A stretch of DNA of 26,099 nt from Macrostomum lignano (taxonomy: Eukaryota), in the NCBI GenBank assembly GCA_002269645.1, contig NIVC01003917.1, positions 43,666 to 69,764 on the forward strand, written 5' to 3'. How positions within the stretch are numbered: position 1 is the stretch's first letter; every line of letters starts with the position of its first letter. Under the pieces are notes generated by a model. The model ran no database searches. It saw only the letters and a list, made by a program, of their open reading frames with translations, and was not told the origin of the DNA. A program made the position numbers and the translations under genes. This document shows, in pieces, positions 1 through 9,978 of the stretch.

Positions 1-395
1 CTACCCTATCTATCTACCTTATCTACCTCTCCCTTATCTATCTACCCACATCTACCCCTGCAATAACTACCTCTCTAACTCTCATTTATCTACCCTTTCC
101 CTTATCAACCCTCCCTTATCGACCTCTACCTTATCTACCTCTCCCTTATCTACCTCTATTATCTACCTCTTCCTCATCTACCTCTCTCTTATCTACCTCT
201 CCCTTATCTACCTCTCCCTTATCTACCTCTCCCTTATCTACCTCTCCCTTATCTACCTGTCCCTTATCTACCTGTCCCTTATCTACCCGTCCCTTATTTA
301 CCTGTCCCTTATCTACTTGTCCCTTATCTACCTGTCCCTTATCTACCTGTCCCTTATCTACCTCTGTATCTACCTCTCCCTTATCTACCCCTCCA
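1..395. repeat. 15-bp minisatellite (ATCTACCTCTCCCTT)n, probably intronic in the tau-like gene
   Basis: Unit recurs at 191, 206, 221 etc.; it explains the VDKGQ/VDKGE 5-aa repeat of the minus-strand ORF 146-400. Confidence 0.95.
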
Positions 396-694
396 TGCAT
401 TAAAATTAATTAAAGTTGCAGTGCAGATGGATAGATTCAGAAGGAACAGATGGCGCAGGGAAAGAGATTGCTGCTAGACAGTTGGAGAGAGAGACAAATG
501 AATTCCAGATGCACTTGACCGTTAGGGGCACGTGACTCAATGTACTTCTTCATCCAAAGCGCGCTGAAGTTCGCTTGCCTCTAACCCAGCTTCAGTCAGT
601 ACCGCAATTTGCACTTTTATTGAATGCTTTTACCGCTTTGCCCACTGCAATTCTGCACCCAGTAGTTAAAGAAATTTCTATGCTTATCCCACAG

Positions 695-726
695 GACCCG
701 CTAGGCCCGTCAGCAGCTCTTTGTCG
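695..726 (+). CDS. tau: Probable 32-nt micro-exon of the tau/MAP2-like gene (xPARPVSSSLS)
   Basis: Acceptor ttatcccacag|, donor |gtgagt; phase 1 in, phase 0 out, joins in frame to 821-836. No homology evidence for this peptide. Confidence 0.4.
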
Positions 727-820
727 GTGAGTTCAAGCGCCTCAACGCTACTGGCTACACTTTCGGATTTGATGAATAGAATGGCGTTAAAATAACAGAT
801 TTCATTTTCCATTCTTGCAG

Positions 821-836
821 GCCTCAGCTGATTCCG
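821..836 (+). CDS. tau: Probable 16-nt micro-exon of the tau/MAP2-like gene (ASADS + G)
   Basis: Strong acceptor ttttccattcttgcag|, donor G|gtgcgc; the phase-1 G completes GAG with the AG that starts exon 2464-2546. Confidence 0.4.
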
Positions 837-910
837 GTGCGCTGACTGATGAGCACTTGATTTTCTCTTGGAAATGAAGACACGCTGTAGTTATGCTATT
901 TTTAGTTGCT

Positions 911-2410
911 GACGGTTGCCACCTGGGGTTGTTGTCACCTGGATGGTTGCCACCTGGGGTTGTTGTCACCTGGATGGTTGCCATCTGGGGTTGTTGTCAC
1001 CTGAATGATTGTCACCTGGGGTTGTTGTCAGCTGGATGGTTGTCACCTGGGATGGTTGCCACCTGGGGTTGTTGTCACCTGGATGGTTGTCACCTGGGAT
1101 GGTTGTCACCTGGGATGGTTGCCACCTGGGGTTGTTGTCGCCTGGATGGTTGTCACCTGGGATGGTTGCCACCTGGGGTTGTTGTCAGCTGGATGGTTGT
1201 CACCTGGGGTTGTTGTCAGCTGGATGATTGTCACCTGGGGTTGTTGTCAGCTGGATGATTGTCACCTGGGGTTGTTGTCAGCTGGATGGTTGTCACCTGG
1301 GGTTGTTGTCACCTGGATGGTTGCCACCTGGGGTTGTTGTCACCTGGATGGTTGCCATCTGGGGTTGTTGTCACCTGGATGATTGTCACCTGGGGTTGTT
1401 GTCAGCTGGATGGTTGTCACCTGGGGTTGTTGTCAGCTGGATGGTTGTCACCTGGGGTTGTTGTCACCTGGATGGTTGCCACCTGGGGTTGTTGTCACCT
1501 GGATGGTTGCCATCTGGGGTTGTTGTCACCTGGATGATTGTCACCTGGGGTTGTTGTCAGCTGGATGGTTGTCACCTGGGATGGTTGCCACCTGGGGTTG
1601 TTGTCACCTGGATGGTTGTCACCTGGGATGGTTGTCACCTGGGATGGTTGCCACCTGGGGTTGTTGTCGCCTGGATGGTTGTCACCTGGGATGGTTGCCA
1701 CCTGGGGTTGTTGTCAGCTGGATGGTTGTCACCTGGGGTTGTTGTCAGCTGGATGATTGTCACCTGGGGTTGTTGTCAGCTGGATGTTTGTCACCTGGGG
1801 TTGTTGTCAGCTGGATGGTTGTCACCTGGGGTTGTTGTCGCCTGGATGATTGTCACCTGGGGTTGTTGTCAGCTGGATGGTTGCCACCTGGGGTTGTTGT
1901 CACCTGGATGATTGTCACCTGGGGTTGTTGTCGCCTGGATGATCGTCACCTGGGGTTGTTGTCAGCTGGATGGTTGCCACCTGGGGTTGTTGTCACCTGG
2001 ATGGTTGTCACCTGGGATGGTTGCCACCTGGGGTTGTTGTCACCTGGGATGGTTGTCACCTGGATGGTTGTCACCTGGGGTTGTTGTCGCCTGGATGGTT
2101 GTCACCTGGGATGGCTGACACCTGGGATGGCTGTAACCGGGATGGTTGCCACAGGGATGGCTGTAACCGGGATGGTTGCCACCTGGGATGGCTGTAACCG
2201 GGATGGTTGCCACCTGGGATGGCTGTAACCGGGATGGTTGCCACCTGGGATGGCTGTAACCTGGATGGCTGCCACAGGGATGGCTGCAACCGGGATGGTT
2301 GCCACCTGGGATGGCTGTAACCGGGATGGTTGCCACAGGGATGGCTGCAACCGGGATGGTTGCCACCTGGGATGGCTGTAACCGGGATGGCTGCCACAGG
2401 GATAGTTGTC
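911..2410. repeat. Intronic minisatellite of alternating 15/16-bp subunits (CACCTGGGGTTGTTGT / CACCTGGATGGTTGY), drifting to GGCTGTAACCGGGAT at the 3' end
   Basis: Directly visible; source of all the WGCC/PGVVV/QPS-type ORFs between 893 and 2556. Confidence 0.97.
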
Positions 2411-2463
2411 GGATTCTCATGATGCTCAGCTCCTAAGAACTGCCTGGAAACAATAATTTTCAG

Positions 2464-2546
2464 AGGCCAAGAAGAAGCTGGCTGCCCGGTCGAAAATCGG
2501 TTCCCTTGACAACGCAGAGCACACACCAAGTGGCGGCGAGAAGAAG
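2464..2546 (+). CDS. tau: tau/MAP2-family exon, microtubule-binding repeat 1 (EAKKKLAARSKIGSLDNAEHTPSGGEKK)
   Basis: KIGS..N..H.P.GG tubulin-binding motif; acceptor ataattttcag|; non-canonical donor AAG|gcgagt at the same position as the GT donors of the other repeat exons. Confidence 0.85.
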
Positions 2547-2616
2547 GCGAGTTCACTGCGCGTAGCCTTTATTCTTGCTGATGATTAAGATGAATAATTA
2601 ACGTTAATTCCAACAG

Positions 2617-2706
2617 ATATTCAGCGCCAAGCCGGAGTGGAAGGTGCAGTCTAAGATTGGCTCACTGGACAATGCCAAGCACAAGCCCGGAGGCGGCGAG
2701 AGAAAG
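2617..2706 (+). CDS. tau: tau/MAP2-family exon, repeat 2 ([30 protein letters not shown])
   Basis: 90 nt, phase 0-0, ttccaacag| and |gtgagc; canonical SKIGSLDN..H.PGGG motif. Confidence 0.93.
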
Positions 2707-2715
2707 GTGAGCTCA

Positions 2716-2847
2716 GATCTCATGGAGGCTGGCCATGACCCTCATGGATCTCATGGAGGCTGGCCATGACCCTCATGGATCTCATGGAGGCTGGCCATGA
2801 CCCTCATGGATCTCATGGAGGCTGGCCATGACCCTCATGGATCTCAT
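2716..2847. repeat. 31-bp minisatellite (GATCTCATGGAGGCTGGCCATGACCCTCATG), about 4.3 copies
   Basis: Units start at 2716, 2747, 2778, 2809, 2840; begins 10 nt after the repeat-2 donor. Confidence 0.95.
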
Positions 2848-3033
2848 AGGATGTTGGACTTGACCTTCAGTGGGATCTCTTGGGATATTAGACTTGACTT
2901 TCTAGGATCTTGAATTCTCATAATTTTTTCGAAACTCAACCCAAACCCGGGTGCGTGTAACTTACTTCTGTTTACTTCAAAACTTCTGTTTTGAAATGCG
3001 ACGAAGTTGAATTGTCGAAATTGAATTCTGCAG

Positions 3034-3123
3034 ATCGAGAACAAGAAGTTGGAGTGGAATGTGGCTTCTAAGATTGGCTCAATGGACAATGCGAAGCACA
3101 AGCCCGGAGGCGGCGAGAGAAAG
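3034..3123 (+). CDS. tau: tau/MAP2-family exon, repeat 3 ([30 protein letters not shown])
   Basis: 90 nt, phase 0-0, ttctgcag| and |gtgagc; tubulin-binding repeat motif. Confidence 0.93.
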
Positions 3124-3281
3124 GTGAGCTGTTTGACAGGCGCAGACTGGTCAGAGATGCTGATGAGGTGCTGAGAACCTGCTGCCACAGATGTTGAATT
3201 GATGGTAAACTTTCTCAAACTTATTGTCTGACAAATGGATTCAAAGTGGATTGTAATCGTATGTCAGACTGCAATTTTATG

Positions 3282-4689
3282 ATGTCAGGCATAGTGTAGA
3301 CTATGTCAGGTACGCTATAGATTATGTCAGGTATGCTATAGATTATGTCAGGTACGCTATAGATTATGTCAGGTACGCTATAGATTATGTCAGGTATGCT
3401 ATAGACTATGTCAGGTAAGCTATAGATTATTGTCAGGTACGCTATAGATTATTGTCAGGTACGCTGTAAATTATGTCAGGTACGCTATAGATTATGTCAG
3501 GTACGCTGTAAATTATGTCAGGTACGCTATAGATTATGTCAGGTACGCTATAGATTATGTCAGGTACGCTATAGATTATTGTCAGGTATGCTATAGATTA
3601 TTGTCAGGTATGCTATAGATTATTGTCAGGTATGCTATAGATTATGTCAGGAATACTATAGACTATGTCAGGTAAGCTATAGATTATTGTCAGGTACGCT
3701 ATAGATTATTGTCAGGTACGCTGTAAATTATGTCAGGTACGCTATAGATTATGTCAGGTATGCTATAGATTATGTCAGGTACGCTATAGATTATTGTCAG
3801 GTATGCTATAGATTATTGTCAGGTATGCTATAGATTATTGTCAGGTACGCTATTGATTATTGTCAGGTATGCTATAGATTGTCAGGTACGCTATAGATTA
3901 TTGTCAGGTACGCTGTAAATTATGTCAGGTACGCTATAGATTATGTCAGGTATGCTATAGATTATGTCAGGTACGCTATAGATTATTGTCAGGTATGCTA
4001 TAGATTATTGTCAGGTACGCTATAGATTATTGTCAGGTATGCTATAGATTATTGTCAGGTATGCTATAGATTATTGTCAGGTACGCTGTAAATTATGTCA
4101 GGTACGCTATAGATTATTGTCAGGTATGCTATAGATTATTGTCAGGTACGCTGTAAATTATGTCAGGTACGCTATAGATTATTGTCAGGTATGCTATAGA
4201 TTATTGTCAGGTATGCTATAGATTATTGTCAGGTATGCTATAGATTATTGTCAGGTACGCTGTAAATTATGTCAGGTACGCTATAGATTATTGTCAGGTA
4301 TGCTATAGATTATTGTCAGGTATGCTATAGATTATTGTCAGGTATGCTATAGATTATTGTCAGGTATGCTATAGATTATTGTCAGGTATGCTATAGATTA
4401 TTGTCAGGTATGCTATAGATTATTGTCAGGTATGCTATAGATTATTGTCAGGTATGCTATAGATTATTGTCAGGTATGCTATAGATTATTGTCAGGTATG
4501 CTATAGATTATTGTCAGGTACGCTGTAAATTATGTCAGGTACGCTATAGATTATTGTCAGGTATGCTATAGATTATTGTCAGGTATGCTATAGATTACTG
4601 TCAGGTACGCTAGAGATTATGTCAGGTACGCTATAGATTATTGTCAGGTATGCTATAGATTATGTCAGGTACGCTATAAATTATGTCAG
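3282..4689. repeat. 21/22-bp minisatellite (TATGTCAGGTACGCTATAGAT / TATTGTCAGGTATGCTATAGAT)
   Basis: Directly visible; fills about 1.4 kb of the intron between repeat exons 3 and 4 and ends about 30 nt before the acceptor. Confidence 0.97.
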
Positions 4690-4719
4690 CTCGAACTCCC
4701 GCATTCCCCTACGCCGCAG

Positions 4720-4809
4720 ATCGTAGACCAGAAAGTAGAGTGGAAGGCGGAGTCAAAGGTTGGGTCGCTAGAGAATGCCAAGCACCAGGCAGGCGGAGGC
4801 GACAAGAAG
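4720..4809 (+). CDS. tau: tau/MAP2-family exon, repeat 4 (IVDQKVEWKAESKVGSLENAKHQAGGGDKK)
   Basis: 90 nt, phase 0-0, cccctacgccgcag| and |gtgagt; KVGS motif. Confidence 0.92.
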
Positions 4810-5188
4810 GTGAGTGCCAGTCAGGAAATGGCGGCTGCAGAAAAGAACACAGCAGAAGAAACTTGGCTGTGGTGTGCTTCTTGCTCTCCGTGTGGCGAGT
4901 GTCTCGTGCGTAGGAAATGCAGCTCGGACCAATCGATAAATTTTCCCATGAGTCGGCAAAGGGAACTGAAGCCTTCATTTGACACGAAATCCCCATTTCA
5001 TCCCCTGTCTGTCCAGCTGCTCATCCGGATCAACATCTTACTTCACGAGTTAAATTTTATTCAAGCCTTGCATGATACGTGTTTGCATATAGTTTTCCTT
5101 GACATGCTTGATTAACACTGCATGCACTTTATTACAATTTGTAACACTAAACATTACCTATGTTTATGCCATGACCATTCTGACCCAG

Positions 5189-5278
5189 ATCCTCGACAGC
5201 AAGGTGGAGTGGAAAGTGAACTCCAAGGTCGGCTCGCTAAACAATGCCAAGCACAAGCCGGGCGGCGGAGAGAAGAAG
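5189..5278 (+). CDS. tau: tau/MAP2-family exon, repeat 5 ([30 protein letters not shown])
   Basis: 90 nt, phase 0-0, ttctgacccag| and |gtacag; peptide visible inside ORF 5099-5305. Confidence 0.93.
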
Positions 5279-5326
5279 GTACAGTCGTTTGTACTACTAT
5301 ACTGACTAAAAGTAGTAAAAAGTAGT

Positions 5327-6559
<1,233 letters not shown>

Positions 6560-6582
6560 AATTATATAAATCCCTTATGCAG

Positions 6583-6705
6583 ATCTTCAGCGAGAAGCCC
6601 GAATGGCGGGCTGCCTCCAAGGTCGGCTCACTGGAGACGGGCAGCCACCTGTCGGCCAACTCTGTCGAGACTGCCGAACGGGATGCGGAGGTGCTGCAGC
6701 GCTGA
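6583..6705 (+). CDS. tau: tau/MAP2-family terminal coding exon, degenerate repeat 6 plus tail (IFSEKPEWRAASKVGSLETGSHLSANSVETAERDAEVLQR*)
   Basis: Acceptor tcccttatgcag|, phase 0, KVGS motif, TGA at 6703-6705. Confidence 0.88.
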   Translation: MFSEKPEWRAASKVGSLETGSHLSANSVETAERDAEVLQR

Positions 6706-6981
6706 CTGGATTTAGAATTTAATCTTTTGTTTAAACTGTTTACTAAGTAGGCTGCATAGTAAATTAGTAACTAAAATGATCATTTCAGATTCAGAGCGAC
6801 CAAAAATTGGACGTAGACGGCGATATTGCTACTGTAAGTAATATTGCTGACTTTGCTGACTGCATTGCATTAGTTGGATAAATATAACAAATGCCATTTT
6901 GTGTCGAGCAAGCACTTTTGATAAGGATTTTTGGGTCTAAAATCCGGGCTATAAACCTTAGAATAATGTATAAATATCAGC

Positions 6982-6987
6982 AATAAA
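6982..6987 (+). terminator. Candidate polyadenylation signal of the tau-like gene (alternative AATAAA at 7207-7212)
   Basis: First AATAAA downstream of the stop; the region is AT-rich so chance occurrence is plausible. Confidence 0.3.
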
Positions 6988-7301
6988 ATTTGACCCATGT
7001 ACTTAGGCATTATATATTCGTCGTTTCCGTGACAAAAAGGGGTTAATTTTACGAGCAAAGAACCTGTGTTGAACAATAGAATTATTTATTTTTGCGTATT
7101 TACCTATGCCTCAACTGTTAGTAGAGTATAGTATCAAAAAATGTTCCAATTAGAATTAATTTTTTATACTCGAATATTCTGATATTTTTACTGCAAGTAG
7201 AGTATCAATAAAATGTCAGGTATAATGTAGTTACTTGCATTGGCACATTTTTAGTTTATCGATCTGTCAGTTGTTTTTGGGGCTCCAGCCCATAGCACGA
7301 A

Positions 7302-7995
7302 TGTTGTTGTTGTTGAACGGGGGTGGGAAGCCGGGAGCTACCCGCGGATCAGCCCTGGGAGGTGCTCTGCCGCCGAGGGGCACTACCAGGGGCATGTAGC
7401 CCGAGATACCCCGAGGTTAGACCCTGACGTCTGGGCCAGGGGGAGCTGCCAACCCAACCTATGGACTACGACACCGCCAACCCAAGCCTATGGACTAAGA
7501 CACCGCCAACCCAAGCCTATGGACTAAGACACCGCCAACCCAAGCCTATGGACTAAGACATCGCCAACCCAAGCCTATGGACTAAGACACCGCCAACCCA
7601 AGCCTATGGACTAAGACACCGCCAACCCAAGCCTATGGACTAAGGCACCGCCAACCCAAGCCTATGGACTAAGGCACCGCCAACCCAAGCCTATGGACTA
7701 AGACACCGCCAACCCAAGCCTATGGACTAAGACACCGCCAACCCAAAAGTGGAATCAGGGACGGTGCTAGGACCGAGTCCACCCTAGCCACCACCCAGCA
7801 GACAAGTCCCGGGAGTGCGCGAAGAAAAGAATTTGAAAATGTTTGGGATGCTACTGAAAAGCGGTCCGAGAGCGGGGAAACCCAGAAGTCTCGGAAGTGG
7901 CTTAGTTTAGGAGCGAGTCTGGAAGGCTTGTTTCCGAGGGCGAGTCTCCTATCAGGCATGAGTGTACGCGGGAACCAATTAACCTTCAGCACTAC
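7302..7995. other. Unclassified GC-rich insert: (TGT)n edge, long hairpin, 29-bp tandem array, unique GC-rich tail; probably a retroelement terminus
   Basis: Abrupt compositional switch at both ends; minus strand ends in (CAA)n, a tail type known from some RTE elements; no recognisable protein. Confidence 0.35.
7448..7744. repeat. 29-bp minisatellite (CACCGCCAACCCAAGCCTATGGACTAAGA), about 10 copies
   Basis: Units at 7472, 7501, 7530...; contiguous, no spacers. Confidence 0.95.
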
Positions 7996-8590
7996 TTAAC
8001 AAATAGATCAGCTTTACGGGGCCAACTCATCATTTTTGCATTCACCATCATTTCAGGAGTCCTGCAGCTGAGTGAGTCTTCGTTTTTTGACCAGCAGGAT
8101 GCAGCGTAGCGATATGTAGGACTGTGAAATATAACAGTAACTCGTACATGTACATGTATAGCGTATAATAACTGAAACAGCGGGTGGTTATACATGTATA
8201 AAACAGACTACTGATACTATATACTACTTATACTCAAAACAGTAGAGCAACTCGATTGTTATAGTTTGTATTTATTAAACCATCAAAATTTTGCTTTTTT
8301 CATTGCTTGCGCCAAGGACGGAAGGATGGGAAGTGCGTTTCTTGTAAAATTTTAGAAGTTTACCGAAAAACTACATTATGGAGATGGGAGGTTTTCATTT
8401 TTTCAATAAAAATTGTTATTCCTTCTGATGGGAGGCAGAACCAATGTTTATCTTTTGATATGTCTTGCCTTCTTATAGTTCTAGTTGATATTCATAAAGC
8501 TTTTCGCTTAAAAATTAGTATTCTATTTGCTGAGAAATGAAAACCGATCATATCACTACTGTAATGTTTTTTTCGGTAGAACCTGCTTCC

Positions 8591-8893
8591 TAATAATAAT
8601 AATAAAATTGATTACACCTGCCCTAATGGTCAGATGTGCAACCGACAGCTCAGCCGCAGCTATTGCTCGGCGCATCTGAAGGCTGCGTACGGCTGTTCAG
8701 TCCAAGGACTGGGGGGTCACCGCACACCCTCAATTACCCCAGCTAATGCTGGCACCCATTTTACAGCTGGGTGAACTGAAGCAATGCAGAGTTAAGTGTC
8801 TTGCTCAAGGACACAAATTGTTCTGAGTGGGTCGAGAATCGAACCCCCGACCTTTCAGCCGTGAGTCCGACGCTCCTCTAACCAATAGGTTAC
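8591..8893 (-). mobile_element. tRNA-derived CORE-SINE, copy 1
   Basis: Minus strand: A-box-like TTGGTTAGAG, B box GGTTCGATTC, then GTGTCCTTGAGCAAGACACTTAAC...CAGTTCACCCAGCTGTAAAATGGG resembling the MIR/CORE domain, and an (ATT)n tail; near-identical copy at 18731-19006. Confidence 0.85.
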
Positions 8894-9515
8894 AACCAGC
8901 TCTTCTTAAAATATTTGAAAAGTGTCCTAAAATTTTCCGAGAAACCTATATAGTTTCCCGAAATTAAATATTGCTTGAATTGCTTCTAATTTTCATGCTA
9001 AATGCAGAGAAGCCGCTATGAAAGCATGGTTCTCATTCAAATCGCGGTCAATTCCAGTTTTTTGTGTGTATAAAATCGCTTTTAAATGGGCAGCAGAAGT
9101 CAGCAGGTGGTCAGGACAGTGTTTTATTACCCTAATATTTGTTTGTCGTTAATTATATTTATACCGCTTGTAATGTAAACACGGCGAAGTCAATATTCCA
9201 TATTTTAAACACTGTACAGAATCTTTTTTTGTCATAAGAGTACCCATATGGCGACTGCCTGTTATAAAACATTGGGCTTATTTAAACTCGAAATGTACAC
9301 GTTTTAGAGCATTGATTATTTAATAAATGCATGCTTCAAACATTTATTATTATATCGCTAGTAGCTGAAGTGTTTATTCAGACAAATATATTATAAAGCA
9401 GGTAGCAAATACACTACAAATAGCAGAATAATAACAGAGTTTATTTGATTTATTTTTGCGTTTTTTATCACGTGAACCTACACGTAAAACCTCTAAAATA
9501 CGCAGTTGCGTCACA

Positions 9516-9978
9516 GGGCGCGCCCGGCCCCGCCGGTAGGGTGCCTGCAGGGTTAGCAACAGCACCTCCTGCACCGGCTCTGGGCAGTACGACTCGGCGC
9601 GGATGATGTGGCCTGCCAGCTGGAGTCGCCGACGGCGCAACAGGTCGCTTGGACGGACCAGGCCGGCGCGGCGATACAAAGCTCGAGCGACTCCCTCAGC
9701 GTCCAGGTCTCGGCGTTGTACAGCAAGACGGTCTCTATCACCGCCTGGAACAACGCCGCCCTCTGGCGGTCAGGTAAGGCCTTGGACTGCAGGATTGCCC
9801 TCACAGAACGAAAGGCAGCCCAGGCAAGCCCGCAGCGACGCCGCAAATCCTCGCGGACGCCGCGGGAACCAGACCGCCGAGGTAGACGAACTGCCGTACA
9901 ACGCGGAAGCTCTGTCGCCTGTCCATCAGCGCCTCGGCACAAGATCGCAGCCTCGATGTCGTCCGGCACGCAGGGTAC
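9516..9978 (-). mobile_element. Decayed RTE-like non-LTR retrotransposon fragment (post-RT C-terminal region)
   Basis: Across three frames: QFVYLGG, RRRCGLAWAAF, LFQAVIETVLLYNAETWTL, LRRRRLQLAGHIIR, YRRGRAR, typical of the RTE region downstream of RT; frameshifted and truncated. Confidence 0.85.

Noticed and set aside
846-880. Hammerhead ribozyme (CTGATGA...GAAA); also CTGATGA at 3160-3166 and in ORF2 near 24801
   Set aside because: At 846 stem II cannot close before GAAA; at 3160 a stem forms but is not followed by GAAA; the ORF2 instance has GCAA and is coding.
146-2556. Many long overlapping ORFs (up to 281 aa) with WGCC, PGVVV, GDNHP and VDKGQ repeats
   Set aside because: They are translations of stop-poor minisatellites lying inside introns of the tau-like gene; open in several frames and both strands.
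2844-3218. 124-aa minus-strand ORF
   Set aside because: Antisense to tau repeat exon 3 and its flanks; no recognisable motif or splice support.
7448-7744. 29-bp direct repeats as a CRISPR array
   Set aside because: Units are contiguous with no unique spacers, there are no cas genes, and the context is eukaryotic.
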